A stretch of 57,919 nucleotides of DNA from Basidiobolus meristosporus CBS 931.73 (GCA_002104905.1 MCFE01000560.1:1-57919); one strand, 5' to 3'. Shown: positions 12,059 to 26,343, counted from the stretch's first letter. The notes: generated by a model from the sequence alone, not told the origin. Program-made: numbers and translations.

Positions 12059-13245
12059 ACAAGTATGTTGACAGCTGGTACTAAACATATATGAGGCAAC
12101 TGGATACAGTGGCTGATAGACTAGATTCAATGGCCCAGAGAAATTAGAAAATAGTGCAGAAGCAGGATGAGCAGATAGGATGTGTAGAGGAATCAATATT
12201 TCAGGTAAAGAAAGCAGTTTCTTTGCTGCAAAGAAGGAACTCAAGTTGCTCAATGTATAGCCAAGGATTGAGACACTTCACAATGGCACAGCAGAAGAAC
12301 ACTGTAAAGTCTCTGAAGCACAACAATGGTACTCAAGGATAAAACTCACAGAAAACCTATCACAGCATGGGAGAGAGAAGCTGCAGTGTCTATACTAAAG
12401 CCTGAAAATCAAAAGACATTGGGGATCCATGTAGTTGTTAAGTGCATGATGAACAGTGGGCTAATATTCAAGAGGCTGTTAGAAGTCAAGTGTGCCAGCA
12501 CCTTAAGGCCAGCATATCACAGCACTATCAGGAGCTCATGGTCAAGCAGAATGTACTTGACTTGTTCCATGTACACTAACCTGGATTCATATAAGCAAAC
12601 AGATACTGGGCCAGCATTGGTATGCTGTGAAAGTGTTCACGCCTAGCAGAAACTTTCAAAGGTAGAAAACAAGGGTGCAATGGCTAAAAACCAGCAGCTT
12701 CTTCAACAGTTAGTTACAAGCAGGGCCAATAACTCAAAACAGGCATCAAAGAAACATCAGGTAGCTGGAAGAGTGCTTATAAGGGACAAGCAGGCCAATA
12801 CAGATGCAATGGCATATCCTTTATTGGGGAGAAAGTGTAGTTCCACTCCAGAAGCACTAATTTAAGGCAGCAGTGAAGGACCTGTTGCAATTTTAGAAGT
12901 GATTTGGATATAAGGAACTTATCAAGAAATAGTGATAATAGTTGAACTGTTGTTTATTCATAAAGAAGCTCAGTATTTATACCTTTGTAGAAGTAATACA
13001 GCTGCAACACTAAGTAGGGAGGGTTTCTCAATATTCAGGAGCATTCTGTAACAGTTTCAGGGTTAGTACATAATGTTTGGTAATAGTGCTAATATGATCC
13101 TGACTATAGGGGAATAATCATAAGATCATATATCTGAAGAAAGTGGCGAAGTTAAGGCAGTAAATGAGTCCTACAGTGACTAAGACTAGCCTAGAATTGT
13201 TAAGTAAATTTTTAGCTGCTGAATGATACCAAATAGTCCAATATT

Positions 13246-16200
13246 TCAACACTCCCCCTCAACTAAATAATTTCTTAATCCCAATTTCTCTCTAAGGATC
13301 TCAAACTGTGGCCTAGCTAGTGGTTTTGTCCATATGTCTGCTACCATTTTGTCAGTTGGGCAGTAAACCAGCTCTACTAAGTTATTTTCTACAGCTGCCC
13401 TCACAAAGTGATGCTGTATATCAATGTGCTTAGTTCTGGCATGATTAGTAGGATTTCTAGCTAATGAAATACAACTTTGATTATCCTTGTAAATACATGT
13501 TGGTTCACCTGAATTAAAACCTAAGTCTTTGAATAATTTTTGTAGCCATATAGCCTCCTTAGTTGCTTGACATGCAGCCATATATTTGGCTTCAGTTGTA
13601 GATAGTGCCACAGTTGGTTGTTTCTTGCAATTCCAAGTAATAGCTGCACCAGCATAAAGAAATACATAGCCTGTGGTAGAGCATCTGTCAATCAAATCCC
13701 TACCCCAATCTGAATCACTATAACCATCAAATTTTCGCCTATTTGCTGCTCCAGAGTATTCCAGTACCATATTTATGGTACCTTGTAGATATCTGAAAAT
13801 CCGCTTAACTGCTGCAATTTGATCTGATCCATAATTCTGCATGAATTGACTGACTATTCCAACTGCTACTGCAATATCTGGACGTGTAGACACCATCAAG
13901 TACATTAGGCTACCAACCATTGACTGATAGGGAAAGTTTTGGTCCATATTTGAGCTGTTTTCATCTATAACCGGCTGAGATTTGCTTAATTTCAGGTTAT
14001 TGTCCATAGGGGTTGCTGCAGGTTTGCAATTTTCCATTTTGAAGCGTCTAAGAATGTCCCTGATGTACTTAGACTGATTCAGCACAATTTTCTGCGTAGG
14101 TATGTCAAATTTGACCTCAATTCCAAGAAAATAGCTCAATTTTCCAAGATCTTTCATCTCAAACTTGCTGAAGAGATCTGATTTCGTCTGTTTAAGTGCC
14201 TCTTGATCACTTGTAGCTATAATTAGGTCGTCCACATAAAGAACTAGGATGATCACACCCTTTTTGAGCTGTTTCACATATATACTGTGATCTGCAGTGC
14301 TACGAGAGAACCCAATTTCCTCTAGATATGTGTCAATCTTGTTATACCATGCTCTGGGTGCCTGCTTAAGCCCATACTACAATTTTCTAAGTTTGCACAC
14401 CTTATGGGGGCTTTTTGGATCGGTAAAACCTTCTGGTTGCTCCATATATATAGTTTCTTGCAAATCCCCATTTAGAAAAGCTGTTTTGATGTCCATTTGG
14501 TGTAGATCTAGACTGTGTACAGCTGCCAGGGCTAGAACTGTCCTAATAGAGTTGGACTTGGCAACCGGAGCAAATGTTTCCTTAAAGTCTAGTCCCTGGA
14601 TCTGGGAATAGCCTTTAGCTACCAATCTAGCCTTGTACTTATCAACGGCACCATTTGAGGTTATCTTGATCTTGTAGACCCATGTACATCCTATTGGCTT
14701 TCTCCCATTTGGTAAATCTACCAGTTCCCACGTTTTTGCCTTGATCAGTGATTGGTACTCCTCCTGCATGGCTTGTTGCCACTTAGTAGCATCTGGACCT
14801 TGCATTGCCTGTTCCAGATTCTGAGGTTTGGCACATAAGGCAAGATAAGCTTCTTCACGATCATTGGATGTCTGCCACCAGGATCCAGGGGCATTTCTTA
14901 TTCTGGTAGATCTCCTAACTGGGATAATCTGTTCTGATCTGGAACTGATAGAAGTATCTTCCATCTCTGGCTGGATTTGGAACTGGTAGAAGTATCTTCC
15001 ATCTCTGGCTGGATTTGGTACGTATCTTCTTCATTTGTGTTGATTGCATCATCAGGCAGCTGGCCAATGATTTCTGTGGCTTTCTGATCTGAATTCTCCT
15101 CAAATACAACGTCCCTGCTCTTGATCAGCTTCTGAATTTTGCCATCATACACTCTATACCCTTTGGTATTTTCACAATACCCAAGAAAGATCCCTTTTCT
15201 ACTCTTTGGTTCCAACTTTGAGCGTTTTTTGTCAGGGATGTGATAAAAAACATCACTGCCAAAGATCCTGAGGTGCTGGAGATCTAGTTTTTTGCCTGTA
15301 TATGCTTCAAAGGGTGTAGAATCACGTAGTGCTGTTGTTGGGCGTCTGTTCTTGATGTATACAGCGGTAGCAACAGATTCAGCCCAAAACTTGTAATCCA
15401 TTCCCTTATCATGTAGCATAGATTTTCCCATCTCTACTATTGTTCTATTTGCACGTTCTGCTACTCCATTTTGCTGTGGAGTATGAGGAACTGTGGTCTG
15501 TTAAAGTATACCAGTAGACAAGCAGTATTTTGCAAACTCCTTTGAGCAGTATTCTCCTCCATTGTCACTTTGTAGTACCTTCAATTTACACCCGGTGTGT
15601 TTCTGCCATGTTCTTGAAGTGCTTAAACGTCTCTAAAGCTTCATCCTTTGTTTTGAGGAAGTACACCCATGTATATCTTGTCTTGTAATCAATAAACGTC
15701 ATAGAGTATCTCTTGGCTCCAAAGGACAGTGTTCTCATGGGGCCACATATGTCTGAGTGTACAATAGCCAATATTTTGGTGGTATTGATGCCTTCTGAGC
15801 TGTTGAAATGTTGCCTAGCTTGTTTGCCATACGAACATCCCTTACAAACATTCAATTTGATCGGAATTGAGTATTTTAGGCCCAAAACAAGCTGATTTTT
15901 CACCAATTGGCTCATTTTCTGTTCCCCTATGTGTCCTAGCCTCCTATGCCACATCTCCCAGTTGGTTTCATCAGTTTCAGCAATGTTGACATACTCAGGT
16001 ACAATGATCTTGCATTGTAACTTGTATATATTGTGATCTCTGATTCCCGAAGCTAATTTTTGTCCATTTTCACTCAATATTGAGCAGCTCAGCTTAGTAA
16101 AAACGAATTTCAGTCCCTGAGTAGTTGCTTTACTGACTGAGAGTAGGTTCTTAGCTATTCCAGGTACATAGAGTACGTCAGTCAGTTTTGCTGTTGTTGC

Positions 16201-17199
16201 CCCTGAGTTATCACTCATATTTAGTTGTATAGACCCACTGGCGGTTGCTTTCAATGCAGAGTTATCTCCCAGATAAACCTTTCTTACGGGAATAGTCTTT
16301 AAGTTGCTGAACCAATCCTTTATACCACAAATATGCTGTGATGCTCCAGAGTCAATATACCATTCATTACTTTGGTTACTTGCACTCTCTTGTACAGTGA
16401 CAAATAGATGTTCATCAGTAGCTATATGGTTTGCCTGCTCTAGTTTCTGTTTTTTGTCTGCTTGTTTCTTCTTGCATTCTCTTGCCCAGTGTCCTGGCTT
16501 CTTACAGTAGTTACAGCAGCCAGGTTTTCTTCGGTTTTGTTGCTTTCCCTTCTTTTCTGTATGCCTTTCTGAACTGAATAAAGCATTATCTTCAATTTTC
16601 TCTGCTTGGTCATTACGTCTGAGTTCTTCATGGAGAAGTCTTCCTTTGACATAGTCTAAAGTCAAGTTGTCTTCTCTGCTTTCAAAAGAAAGTATGAGTG
16701 GCTCATACTCATCTGGTAGGCTGCAAAGCAGACAGAGTATCTTTTCTTCATCATCTACACCAGCATTAATACTGTAAAGCTCTTCTGCAAGTGTCTCCAT
16801 TCTGGTAATGAGTTGTAGCATGTCATCATCTGGCTTTTTTCTCATGTTGAAGAACTTTTGTTTCAAATAAAGCTTGCTTGATACTGACTTTGCTCTAAAG
16901 ATCTTCTCTAAGCATTCCCATGCTGCTTTGGCAGTATTTGAGGCATGGATTTGTCCAATGAAGGAGTCTTGCACATTGATGCATATTGCATTGAAGGCCT
17001 TTCTCTCCTTCTCTTGAAACTTCTCCACATCTTCTGCTGTTCCTTTGGGCTCAACTTCCTTTCCTGTTACTATGTTCCAAAGCTTTCTTTCCTCAAGGTG
17101 GATCTGCATCTTGATTCTCCAAAGTCTGTAGTTCTTCCCATCAAACCTCTCCTTTACAGGGAAGATGTTGGTATTGCTTTGTTTGCTGGTAGAAGTCAT
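13246..17199 (-). pseudogene. gag-pol: A1 gag-pol (gag, zinc knuckle, PR, IN, RT, RH) with frameshifts and stops
   Basis: Motifs FDGKNY, CNYCKKPGHWAREC, WYIDSGAS, WHRRLGH, VHSDICGP, QQNGVAER, YKARLVAKG, YVDD, SDSDWG, ADIWTKPL. The copia order IN-before-RT is kept. Confidence 0.95.
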
Positions 17200-17223
17200 C
17201 TTTAGAATAGATTAAGGCAATTG

Positions 17224-17235
17224 GGGCTCATAACC
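17224..17235 (-). promoter_or_regulatory. PBS complementary to the tRNA-iMet anticodon arm (half-tRNA priming)
   Basis: GGTTATGAGCCC abuts the LTR. Also at 30653-30664, 52444-52455 and, degenerate, 22248-22259 (+). Confidence 0.85.
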
Positions 17236-18439
17236 TGTTGCAATTTAAGAAGTGATTTGGACATAAGGAACTTATCAAGAAATAGTGATAATAGTTGAAC
17301 TGTTGTTTATTCATAAAGGAGCTCAGTATTTATACCTTTGTAGAAGTAATACAGCTGCAACACTAATTAGGGAGGGTTTCTCAATATTCAGGAGCATTCT
17401 GTAACAGTTTCAGGGTTAGTACATAATGTTTGGTAATAGTGCTAATATGATCCTGACTATAGGGGAATAATCATAAGATCATATATCTGAAGAAAGTGGC
17501 AAAGTTAAGGCAGTAAATGAGTCCTACAGTGACTAAGACTAGCCTAGAATTGTTAAGTAAATTTTTAGCTGCTGAATGATACCAAATAGTCCAATATTTC
17601 AACAGGACTTACAATTGACAAGGAGGCATGAAAAAAAGCTGCAATCCTCACCAATTAGAGCCATCAGCCTTGAATAGGCTGAATCCCATAATAGCCACAA
17701 AGTATTAATAAAAAGAAAAGAGCTATTTTCTCAACAGTTGGAAGCACTGCCAGGTGGGCTACACTCCAGAGAGGCAGATGAGTCTGGAGAGAAAGGCAAC
17801 TTGTCTGACACAGACTCCACATACTCCATTGAAGACAGAGTGGAGATCCCACTGACAGACAAAGCAATAACATCAAGAGCTCACAAGACTGTCACAACAC
17901 CTATGGTGAGATTCTGGGCAATATAGGAGAAAGGGCATTACAGCAGCAGCAATTTTTATTTCAAGGTGGATTTTAATGGAGTTACCACTGAAGTGAGAGG
18001 CTGGGACTGATGCTGGTGTTGGGTATAGAGAGAAGTATAGGTCAGTACAAATTGAAATTGGGTTAGAACCTAAGATTGAAAGGAACCAAACCAAATTGCA
18101 TGCATGAGAAGAGCATCATTTGAGTCAGGAAGTAAGGAGTAAGAAAGATTCAATGGGCAATCAATGTACACAAACATAAGAGGTGGTTGAGTGTCTGGGA
18201 TCAAGAGTGCAAGGATTGGCTGAGTCCTAATCAAAAGCAACCTATGTATTGTTGCAATAAAATATTTTGAGCAAGTTTTTTTGTGAAATCTGGAGTACAA
18301 TTTTTTGGATGGTCTTTGCATAGTTGCCTCATTGTATTAATACCACTTAGTCATAGTACTTAAATCTTGTTACAGCCTTTCAATGGGATCATTACAATTA
18401 CTTTTCATGAGGGTCAGTGGTATGGTGAATTGACTGAAG

Positions 18440-21400
18440 GAATTGCTTGTGCCTACTAATATCAGGTATGGGGACTTTAGGGATTAATCAATAATTCATG
18501 GCAAAATTGTTCCAGGATTCAACTTAATATCTACATGGTTCAAATCACTCATCATAATGCAACTGGCAAGATATGACCCAGACACCAATCCAATACTGGA
18601 ATGATTTAATTAATATATGACATTTATATCAGATATTGCCACAATTCCAAAGTGTCAAATGTGCCAGGAGTCAGTGACCTATTTCAAGCTCAGGCAGTCT
18701 CACAAATATGGTGATCCTATAAAGTACCGTACTCAGTAATAATAATGCAAAAATTTACAGCCTATTCAATAACAAGCATAACCAACAAAAAAGAAGCAAG
18801 GGCTACATAGAAGACATGTACAATGCTGCCTTTACTTTGGGACTAGCTGGTTTCTCAATAAACTATTACCCTGCCAGCAAATTCTGCTAGCCACCAATTC
18901 TTAATGAGCTGAGTCTGTTGCCTATCTTACAATATTGGAGCAAAAATCTGATGGTAGTCTCCTTGGTATGTGGCCTAATCTACCATCTGACCTGGACAGC
19001 TACCTGTATTCAGTGCTGGATGATTATTGTATACTTTCCAGCTGGATACCACTAGATGGCTGTCATATCAAAGTGCTTGTGGCTATCTGGATAAGTGATA
19101 CATTAGCCATCAGCAAGATAGCAGGCTTTTCTGGGCAGAATGGACAGTAATGCTGTTGAATGTGATAGATCCCAGGGATTTATTTAATAACTCACAAACA
19201 TTATTATTAGACTTGTTCCATTGGATAGTGCCACATTGAGCCATGAGTGCCAAATGATGCCATAGTATGCCAGAGAGGTCAAGTGAGCCTACACTTGGCC
19301 ACAGAGTGTGAAACATAGCACTGCATCTTCATGTAAAGCAGCCCCTGTGTTTCACCCATTGCACAGGAGAAAATCCATTTTTTGACCTTTTTTTGTGGAT
19401 CAATGTAGCTTGGGATGTGTAAGAGCACAGGAGAACTGAAGATATGCATCTGGTACTCAATACCCATGGCACTCTGAATCTAGCTCCTGTAGCTTGTATC
19501 ATGTCACAAAAATGAATGGCACTCTCTTTGTCCACTGGTACTATCTGGCACTATATTTAAATATTAGCCCTAAAGTAAGATCTATACAAAGCACTTATAG
19601 TGCCAGATAGTTCCAGTGGACCAAGATAGTGCCATTCATTTTTGTGACTTGATACAAGCTACAGGAGCTAGATTCAGAGTGCCATGGGTATTGAGTACCA
19701 GATGCATATCTTCAATCTGCTTGTGCTCTAACATATCCTGCACAACATTGATCCAAAAAAAAGGCCAAAAAATGGATTTTCTCCAACATAATGGGTGAAA
19801 CACAGAGGCTGCTTTGCATGAAGATGCGGAGCTATGTTTCACACCCTGTGGCCAGGTAGAGGCTCATTTGGCCTCTCTGGCACACTATGGCATCATTTGG
19901 CACTCATGGCTCAATGTGGCACTATCCAACCAAACAAGTCTATTATCTAAGCATGCGCACCAGGAACATTGTCTTTCCACAGGGAGAGCATACAGAAGTC
20001 TGCATGCACTACAACAAAGTTAGCAAGCTATCAGCCAATAACCAGATTACAGAGTAAATTGGAATCCAGTGATACTCAAGGTACAGGGTATTTGTTGGGT
20101 AAAAGTTTTTCACTGGGAGCAATGCATTTGCTTATCAATAATATCCCTATACTGATTACCAAGTTATCAATGAGGTATTCAAGATGAATGAACCCTTCAA
20201 GATACCAAAGGAATTTGTGAGAATTGGCAAGATATTACAGAATATCTGCCTCCTAAAGCACTTCTCACAGGCTCCAATTTATATTCAAACACATACATGA
20301 CAGTTCATATTCAAGGATTGGATGAACTGGTAATATATTTATTCAAGTAGCCTTACAAAGCCATTTCTACCAAGATTACATTGGACACATTGGGATTTGT
20401 GTGTTGGTATTGTAGGAATATTTATACAGAAGGGGATCACCAATGCCAACGGGACACATCTATTGCTTCTATGCAAGGATTTTGTGTTGGATATGAATAG
20501 CGATACTATAAGCACAAAGCTCAATGCATATATATCTGCTGCTACTGTTTCATCTTCCACTCCATTGTGCATATGTGCGTAAAATAATGGTCCTTGCTTC
20601 ACCTATTTGGGGTTCCCTACAGAGCAAATGTGTGGGGAAATAAGTAGACAAGTCTAGTTGCAGGCACTGTTATATCCCATTCTCATCAAGAACAGTACCT
20701 GTAAGTTGATCATGGATTTGATTAGTTGGCGCATAGAGGACTGCCCAGAATAGTTAGAAAATAGTGCGGACCAATGTACACATAGAGACACCTCTGCCTT
20801 TGGCATTGAGAAGATAAGCAGCCCCAAAGTATAGGTTAGCAGTCAAGTATTGTAAGTAGGGTTGGGCGCAACAAGCACTGTCTGTTATTAACACATCTTT
20901 ACTAAAGTGTGCAGGGTTTCTGCTGACTAGCAGCCACTCAATACACCATTCCATAGAGAATTTATACTAACAACAGCCAGAGTGTACTTCTAGTGCGGAC
21001 CAGAACTCAACAGGGAGAAGGAATTTATTGGGAAAATACCAAGAAATTCTTTGCAGATATTCAGGATGTACTCATGGCATAAGTGGTGGCAACCAAGCAT
21101 ATGTTTACAAGATGCAGATGTCACAAGCAATACAAGGTATAAAATAACTTAGCAATTATTACAGTGAAAAGCTGGAATGTTGACATGATAGAAGTATGTA
21201 ATTTGCAGCTGGTGTGCATGTTTGTAGAGGTTAGTCAGCAGGCAGCCATAGGTTTTTTTGATTCAGACTATGTTTGAAATACTCAAGGTAGCGGTGTGTA
21301 AGCTAATAAAGAGGGGGACTCTACAGTGGAATACACAAATGGCACAAGGAGGGGTGAAAAAGAAAAAGCTTTTGGTAAACTTGTACAGTGGCAATATACA

Positions 21401-21530
21401 GAGCAAGCTGTAGGCTGCTAATCTGTCATTACAATGACAGTAAAGGTTTGCAATTGGGCTGTCAGAACACCATCAATTTTTTGCCATACTATGCAAATAG
21501 ATAAATTTGGCAGCTAGATCTGCTCAAACA
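18440..21530 (+). pseudogene. Tnp2-type transposase relic U3, interrupted by a MITE
   Basis: Reverse-complement collinear with 52850-55240 (DLDSYLYSVL, ISDTLAISKIAGFSGQN, LGAMHLLINNIPIL). Confidence 0.75.
19209..19941. mobile_element. Fold-back/MITE element (733 bp) with ~347-bp inverted arms
   Basis: Arms 19209-19555 and 19596-19941, 40-bp spacer, ends AGACTTG...CAAGTCT. TSD ATT (or TATTA if the ends are G..C). The host transposase sequence rejoins on removal. Confidence 0.9.
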
Positions 21531-21559
21531 AATATAGAGTGCTTAAAGATCACTGGAAT

Positions 21560-21890
21560 GCATTACCATCTTGTCAAAAGCCAGATTAAGCACTGTCAAG
21601 TTTGTATTTTACTTGCCAGTAAAATAAGCATAATGCCATACAACCCCACAAATTACACATATTGTCATTATCCCTACACTAACACCAATAACATCATCTT
21701 CCCACAGAGAGACCCCACAGAAGTCAGCTTTTAATTGTGGTAAAGCTGGCAAGCTCTAGGCCATTGGCCAGAATATGGAATTAATCATAATCTAGAGATA
21801 ATTGAGATGGAGCAAATCTGTCAGCGCAAAAGCTTTCCATTTGGAACACTGTTTATGCTCTTCAACTGTATTTCCATACTAATGCCCAAT
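21560..21890 (+). pseudogene. Older Tnp2-type transposase fragment
   Basis: NTNNIIFPQRDPTEVSF...WQALGHWPEYGI matches 54330-54480. Confidence 0.6.
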
Positions 21891-21898
21891 GTTGTACA

Positions 21899-22870
21899 AG
21901 TTGTGAAAATACATGATTCCACCTATATATTCACCTATCTTAGTCACTTAGATCATGACCTTCATATGTCAGGGAATACTGACCAAAATCCTTGTTAGGA
22001 TTTACTTAAAATATTTTCACCAAAACATCAGGCACCCAGAACATGAAAAATTCTCAAAGTTGTGCAAACAGCCTCAAACTTTGCACACATGTACTTGGGG
22101 CCATCTTAAACCTATTATATGTACTTGTTATGCCAAGACCTTGTAAAAGTGTAAATACTACTCTTACATTCAATAAATCATTAAGTGCAAACCACCTAAT
22201 CTACTTGTCCTCCTATATCACTTCTGGTATCTCCAAACCTTACAATAGGTTGTGAGCCCCAAGCTGTCACTTGCTGCAATTTCTACTACTGCAATTGCAG
22301 ATATTTTTCCCTTTGCTGGAAAGCCTATGAGAATTTTCATCTTGGAATTCTGCGCATTAGATAATAATTGAGATATTGAGAGTTGTCAATTTTGAGAAAC
22401 TTGGAATTCAGCTGATATTATGATGGTATTTTGCTGGCTTTTTCTTATGTTTTTTCTTATGGAGAAGTTGAATGAATATACCTATTAAGTGTGGAAGGTG
22501 AAGATGGAGATGCTGCTACAAGAAAGATCCCTTTTGGATGTTGTTGTGGGACAAGAATGCCCTCCTAAGAATGTGGGTGAGGAATCCATTATGCACTGGA
22601 AGCAAGAACAAAGTGCCTTTGACTTCATGGCCTTAATGTCAAGGACAAATTGCTAATTTAATGCCCAAGATCCAAAACAGTAGAGAATGCCTGGAGAGTA
22701 TTAAGAAACACCTACTAGTCATCTTCAGCTGCTAAGAGAACGCATCTTAGACAAAAATTCTTGACTACAAAGATGCTGCCAGGAGAAGAAATAAAAAATC
22801 TAATTATCAGAACTGCCCTGCTGGTGGGTGTGATGAAATCTGTGGGAAATACTGATTACTGATAAGGATT
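21899..22870 (+). mobile_element. Degenerate copia B 5' end (LTR, PBS, gag start)
   Basis: 21899-22247 resembles the reverse complement of the B LTR, followed by GGTTGTGAGCCCCAAGCTGTCAC and gag-like sequence homologous to 52000-52440. Confidence 0.7.
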
Positions 22871-23429
22871 TGATAGTACATATAGTTGAGATGATAGGAG
22901 GGTGTTAATTGCAGCATGAATACATGTATGTAGAAGTTAGTAAGCAGGATGTCATGGTTTTTTCTGATCTGAAATATATGTGGACTACCTATGGTAGCAG
23001 TAGGTAAGCAAGAAAACTGGTGGGTGAACCTACAATGTATGTACAAGTGGTACAAGGCAAGGAAGAAAAAGCAAATAGCATTTTATAATTGCTACTGTAG
23101 CATAATACCCAACTGGCTGGGGACTGTTTGATGCCATTATAATGCCTACAAATTTCCACATTAAGTCCATCAAAATACTATCAAGCTCTTTTCATATATG
23201 GCAGCTGCATATACCAGATGGTGGGATTGGCTCAAACAAGTGTGGACTGCATTATGACTGTGTCACTGCCATGCAAATACCAACCAAGGACTGCCTACAC
23301 ACCATCATGTTCAATCAGCAGTAAAATCAACAAAAACTGTCACAACCCTGCCATATATAGCAAAGTGGTTCAAGAGTTCCAAGCCTCTGGCTTTATGATG
23401 GCCTTATAGCAGGTTCCTTATGGCTGATC

Positions 23430-24560
23430 CAGATTAGATCCACCAGCAGGACAAGATTATTTGTATCATGGAGCATTGTTTGTGGTTATCCTGATCTTGT
23501 AGACCTATCTGCAGTTGAGATCCAGTCTGGCAGGTGAGAACTCATAAGTCTGGTTGTCTTTTTGGATCTATGTGGCATGGGTTCTCCAGTATTATCATGG
23601 ATTACAACTGATTAGCCATGTATTCTCAAATATAAGGTCAAACTTGCAGTTCCCAAATATATAGACCTGTAGGTCTTCTTCATAGTCATTGATCTTCATT
23701 CTTACTGGCTGGGTAATATGATTGATTATGTGAGAGTTCCCATCAGCTATGTAGACTGAAGTTGATTTGGTAGGTTCCAAGTTGATTCCAGCTTTCAAGG
23801 CAAATTGCTGGCTGAGTGATTTGGTTGATTAAGTGAGAGTTCTCATCAATTGCTGAGGCTGAAGTTGATTTGGTGGGATCAGAGCTGATTTCAGCTTTCA
23901 AGGCAAATTGCCCAACATGTACTCATGTGGTGCTCCTGAGTCAAATTAAGTGTAATTGGGGCAAGTACTCCAGTGATTACTCCATTCAAGTATGATAGCT
24001 TTCCTGGGTTTGAGGTCATTTTGGATAAGTATTGTTCTATCATATGGATGGTAAAATCTGGCTCTTCTTTGAGTTCATCTTCCATGTAACATGCTTAAGG
24101 GCTTCATTGTTGTAGAAGGCTCCAGCTGACCAGTGTCCATTTCTTCTCTAAGGGTAATACTTTGCAATATGCCCTTGCCAGTGGCAATCAAAGTAAAGAC
24201 ATTTGTTCTTACATTTCTCTGAGTTGAGATTCTTGTGCATAGTGTCTATTTCCATTGACACTGCTTCATATTGACTTCTTTCATAGCAATCACAGCTGCT
24301 CTGATTATTCATTTTGGGCTTCCCAACTCCAAGCATAGTTGAGTTACACTCAACAGCAATCTTAGTGGCTTCTTCTGTAGTCTGAGGTCTTTGATAATTC
24401 ATTTCCTTGCAAGGTCTTTCTTTCAACCCATTAATAAAGTATTCAACTTGATCTTGGGGGCCAATTCTTTCAATTTGTCCAAATAGACATCTATATTCAT
24501 AGATGTACTCTTGAACCATTCCTTTCTCTCTGAGTGTGTTCAGCTTCCTTCTTATTAATG
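23430..24560 (-). pseudogene. Degenerate Ty3/gypsy gag-protease relic
   Basis: QVEYFINGLK...MEID...C-x2-C-x4-H-like knuckle, and VYIADGNS...FDLIFENTWL. A ~102-bp old tandem duplication lies at about 23710-23912. Confidence 0.65.
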
Positions 24561-25974
24561 TTTGCTGGTGTAGGGGTTGTAGTTAGGCATCAATTACTTC
24601 ATGGTATACCTGTAGTGTAACATTGGGAATTAGCTCAATTGTTGGCAGTGACATTGAGCTGACTATGTTCCTTCTTTGCAGCAAAGATACTGAGCTCTGT
24701 ACCTGGGATTTTGATTGCTCTACACATCTTATTGCCTTGTCCTGACTCCGGACACCTTGCTATTCACTCAGGTCATTGCATTTATTCTTTTAGCCACTGT
24801 ATCTGATTGTCACATTAATGCTTTTGTACAAACTAACAATATACTTGCTGATACTGATGGATGTGATGTTATGATGGTTGCGTGTTGGTCTCCAACTGCA
24901 ATATTGTGTTTGCGGCATTTGTACCTGCCTAAGCATTATAGTCAGCTTGCAATTCTGCAGATATTCTGTTAAAATATAAGAAGTGATTTGGATATAAGGA
25001 ACTTATCAAGATATAGTGATAATAGTTGAATTGTTGTTTATTAATAAAGAAGCTCAGTATTTATACTTTTGTAGAAGTAATACATCTGTAACACTAAGTA
25101 AAGAGGGTTTCTCAATATTCAGGAGCATTATGTAGCAGCTTCAGTGTTAGTAAATAATAGTTAGTATTAGGGCTAATTTGATCCTGACTATGAGGAATAA
25201 TCATAAGATCATAGATCTGAAGAAAGTGGCAAATCTGGAACTGTAAGTTAGTTCCACAGTGACCAATACTAGTCTGGAACTGTCAAGTAAATTTTCAGCT
25301 GCAGAATGATACCAAGTAGTTCAATATTTCAACACTCCCCCTCAACTGAATATTTTCTTAATCCTAATTCCTCCCTGAGGTTTTCAAATTGTGGCCTAGC
25401 TAGTGGTTTTGTCAATATATCTGCCATCATTTTGTTAGTTGGGCAGTACACCAACTCTACCAAGTTATTTTCTACAGCTTCCCTCACAAAGTGATGCTGT
25501 ATATCAATGTGATTAGTACTGGCATGATTAGTAGAATTTCTAGCTAATAAAATATAACTTTGATTATTCTTGTGATTACATGTTTGTTAATCTGAATTAA
25601 AACCTAAGTCTTTGAATAATATTTGTAGCCATACAGCCTCCTTAGTTGCTTAACATGCAGTCATATATTCTGCTTCAGTTGTAGATAGGGTGACAGTTGG
25701 TTGTTTCTTGCAATTCCAAGTAATAGCTGCACCAGCATAAAGAAATACATAGCCTGTGGTAGAGCATCTGTCAGTCACATCCCTACCCCAGTCTGAATCA
25801 CTATAACCATCAAATATTTACCTATTAGCTGCTCCAGAGTATTCCAGTACCATATTTATAGTACCTTGTAGATATCTGAAAATCCACTTAACTGCTGCAA
25901 TATGACATGATTCATAATTCTGCATGAATCAACTGACTATTCCAACTGCCACTGCAATATCTGGATGTGTAGAC

Positions 25975-26343
25975 TGTTGCAATTCAAGAAGTGATTTGGA
26001 TATAAGGAACTTATCAAGAAATAGTGATAATAGTTGAACTGTTGTTTATTCATAAAGAAGCTCAGGATTTATACCTTTGTAGAAGTAATACAGCTGCAAC
26101 ACTAAGCAGGGAGGGTTTCTCAATATTCAGGAGCATTCTGTAACAGTTTCAGGGTTAGTACATAATGTTTGGTAATAGTGCTAATTTGATCCTGACTATA
26201 GGGGAATAATCATAAGATCATATATCTGGAGAAAGTGGCAAAGTTAAGGCAGTAAATGAGTCCTACAGTGACTAAGACTAGGCTAGAATTGTTAAGTAAA
26301 TTTTTAGCTGCTGAGTGATACCATATAGTCCAATTTTCCAACA
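25975..26343 (-). repeat. Internal young family-A 3' LTR (A2) with PPT
   Basis: Near-identical to the A1 LTRs and followed by CTCCCCCTC. It interrupts the A3 RT at ...GTGTAGAC. Confidence 0.92.

Larger units (their letters stand above)
12883..17604 (-). mobile_element. Ty1/copia LTR retrotransposon A1, full-length, defective
   Basis: 369-bp LTRs 12883-13251 and 17236-17604 (5 differences). TSD GGACC/GGACT. PBS 17224-17235; PPT (CTCCCCCTC on +) at 13252. Confidence 0.97.
11360..17930 (+). pseudogene. ORF2 relic of U2, split by a solo LTR and copia A1
   Basis: Pieces 11360-11691, 12059-12882 and 17605-17930 align in order with 55979-57700. Confidence 0.75.

Noticed and set aside
17221-17235. 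tRNA-Met gene fragment
   Set aside because: Only 12-13 nt abutting an LTR; it is a PBS with no cloverleaf.
17930-18440. Possible host gene or RT remnant (also 34070-34660 and 38560-39230)
   Set aside because: Too degenerate; no motif or long frame could be supported.
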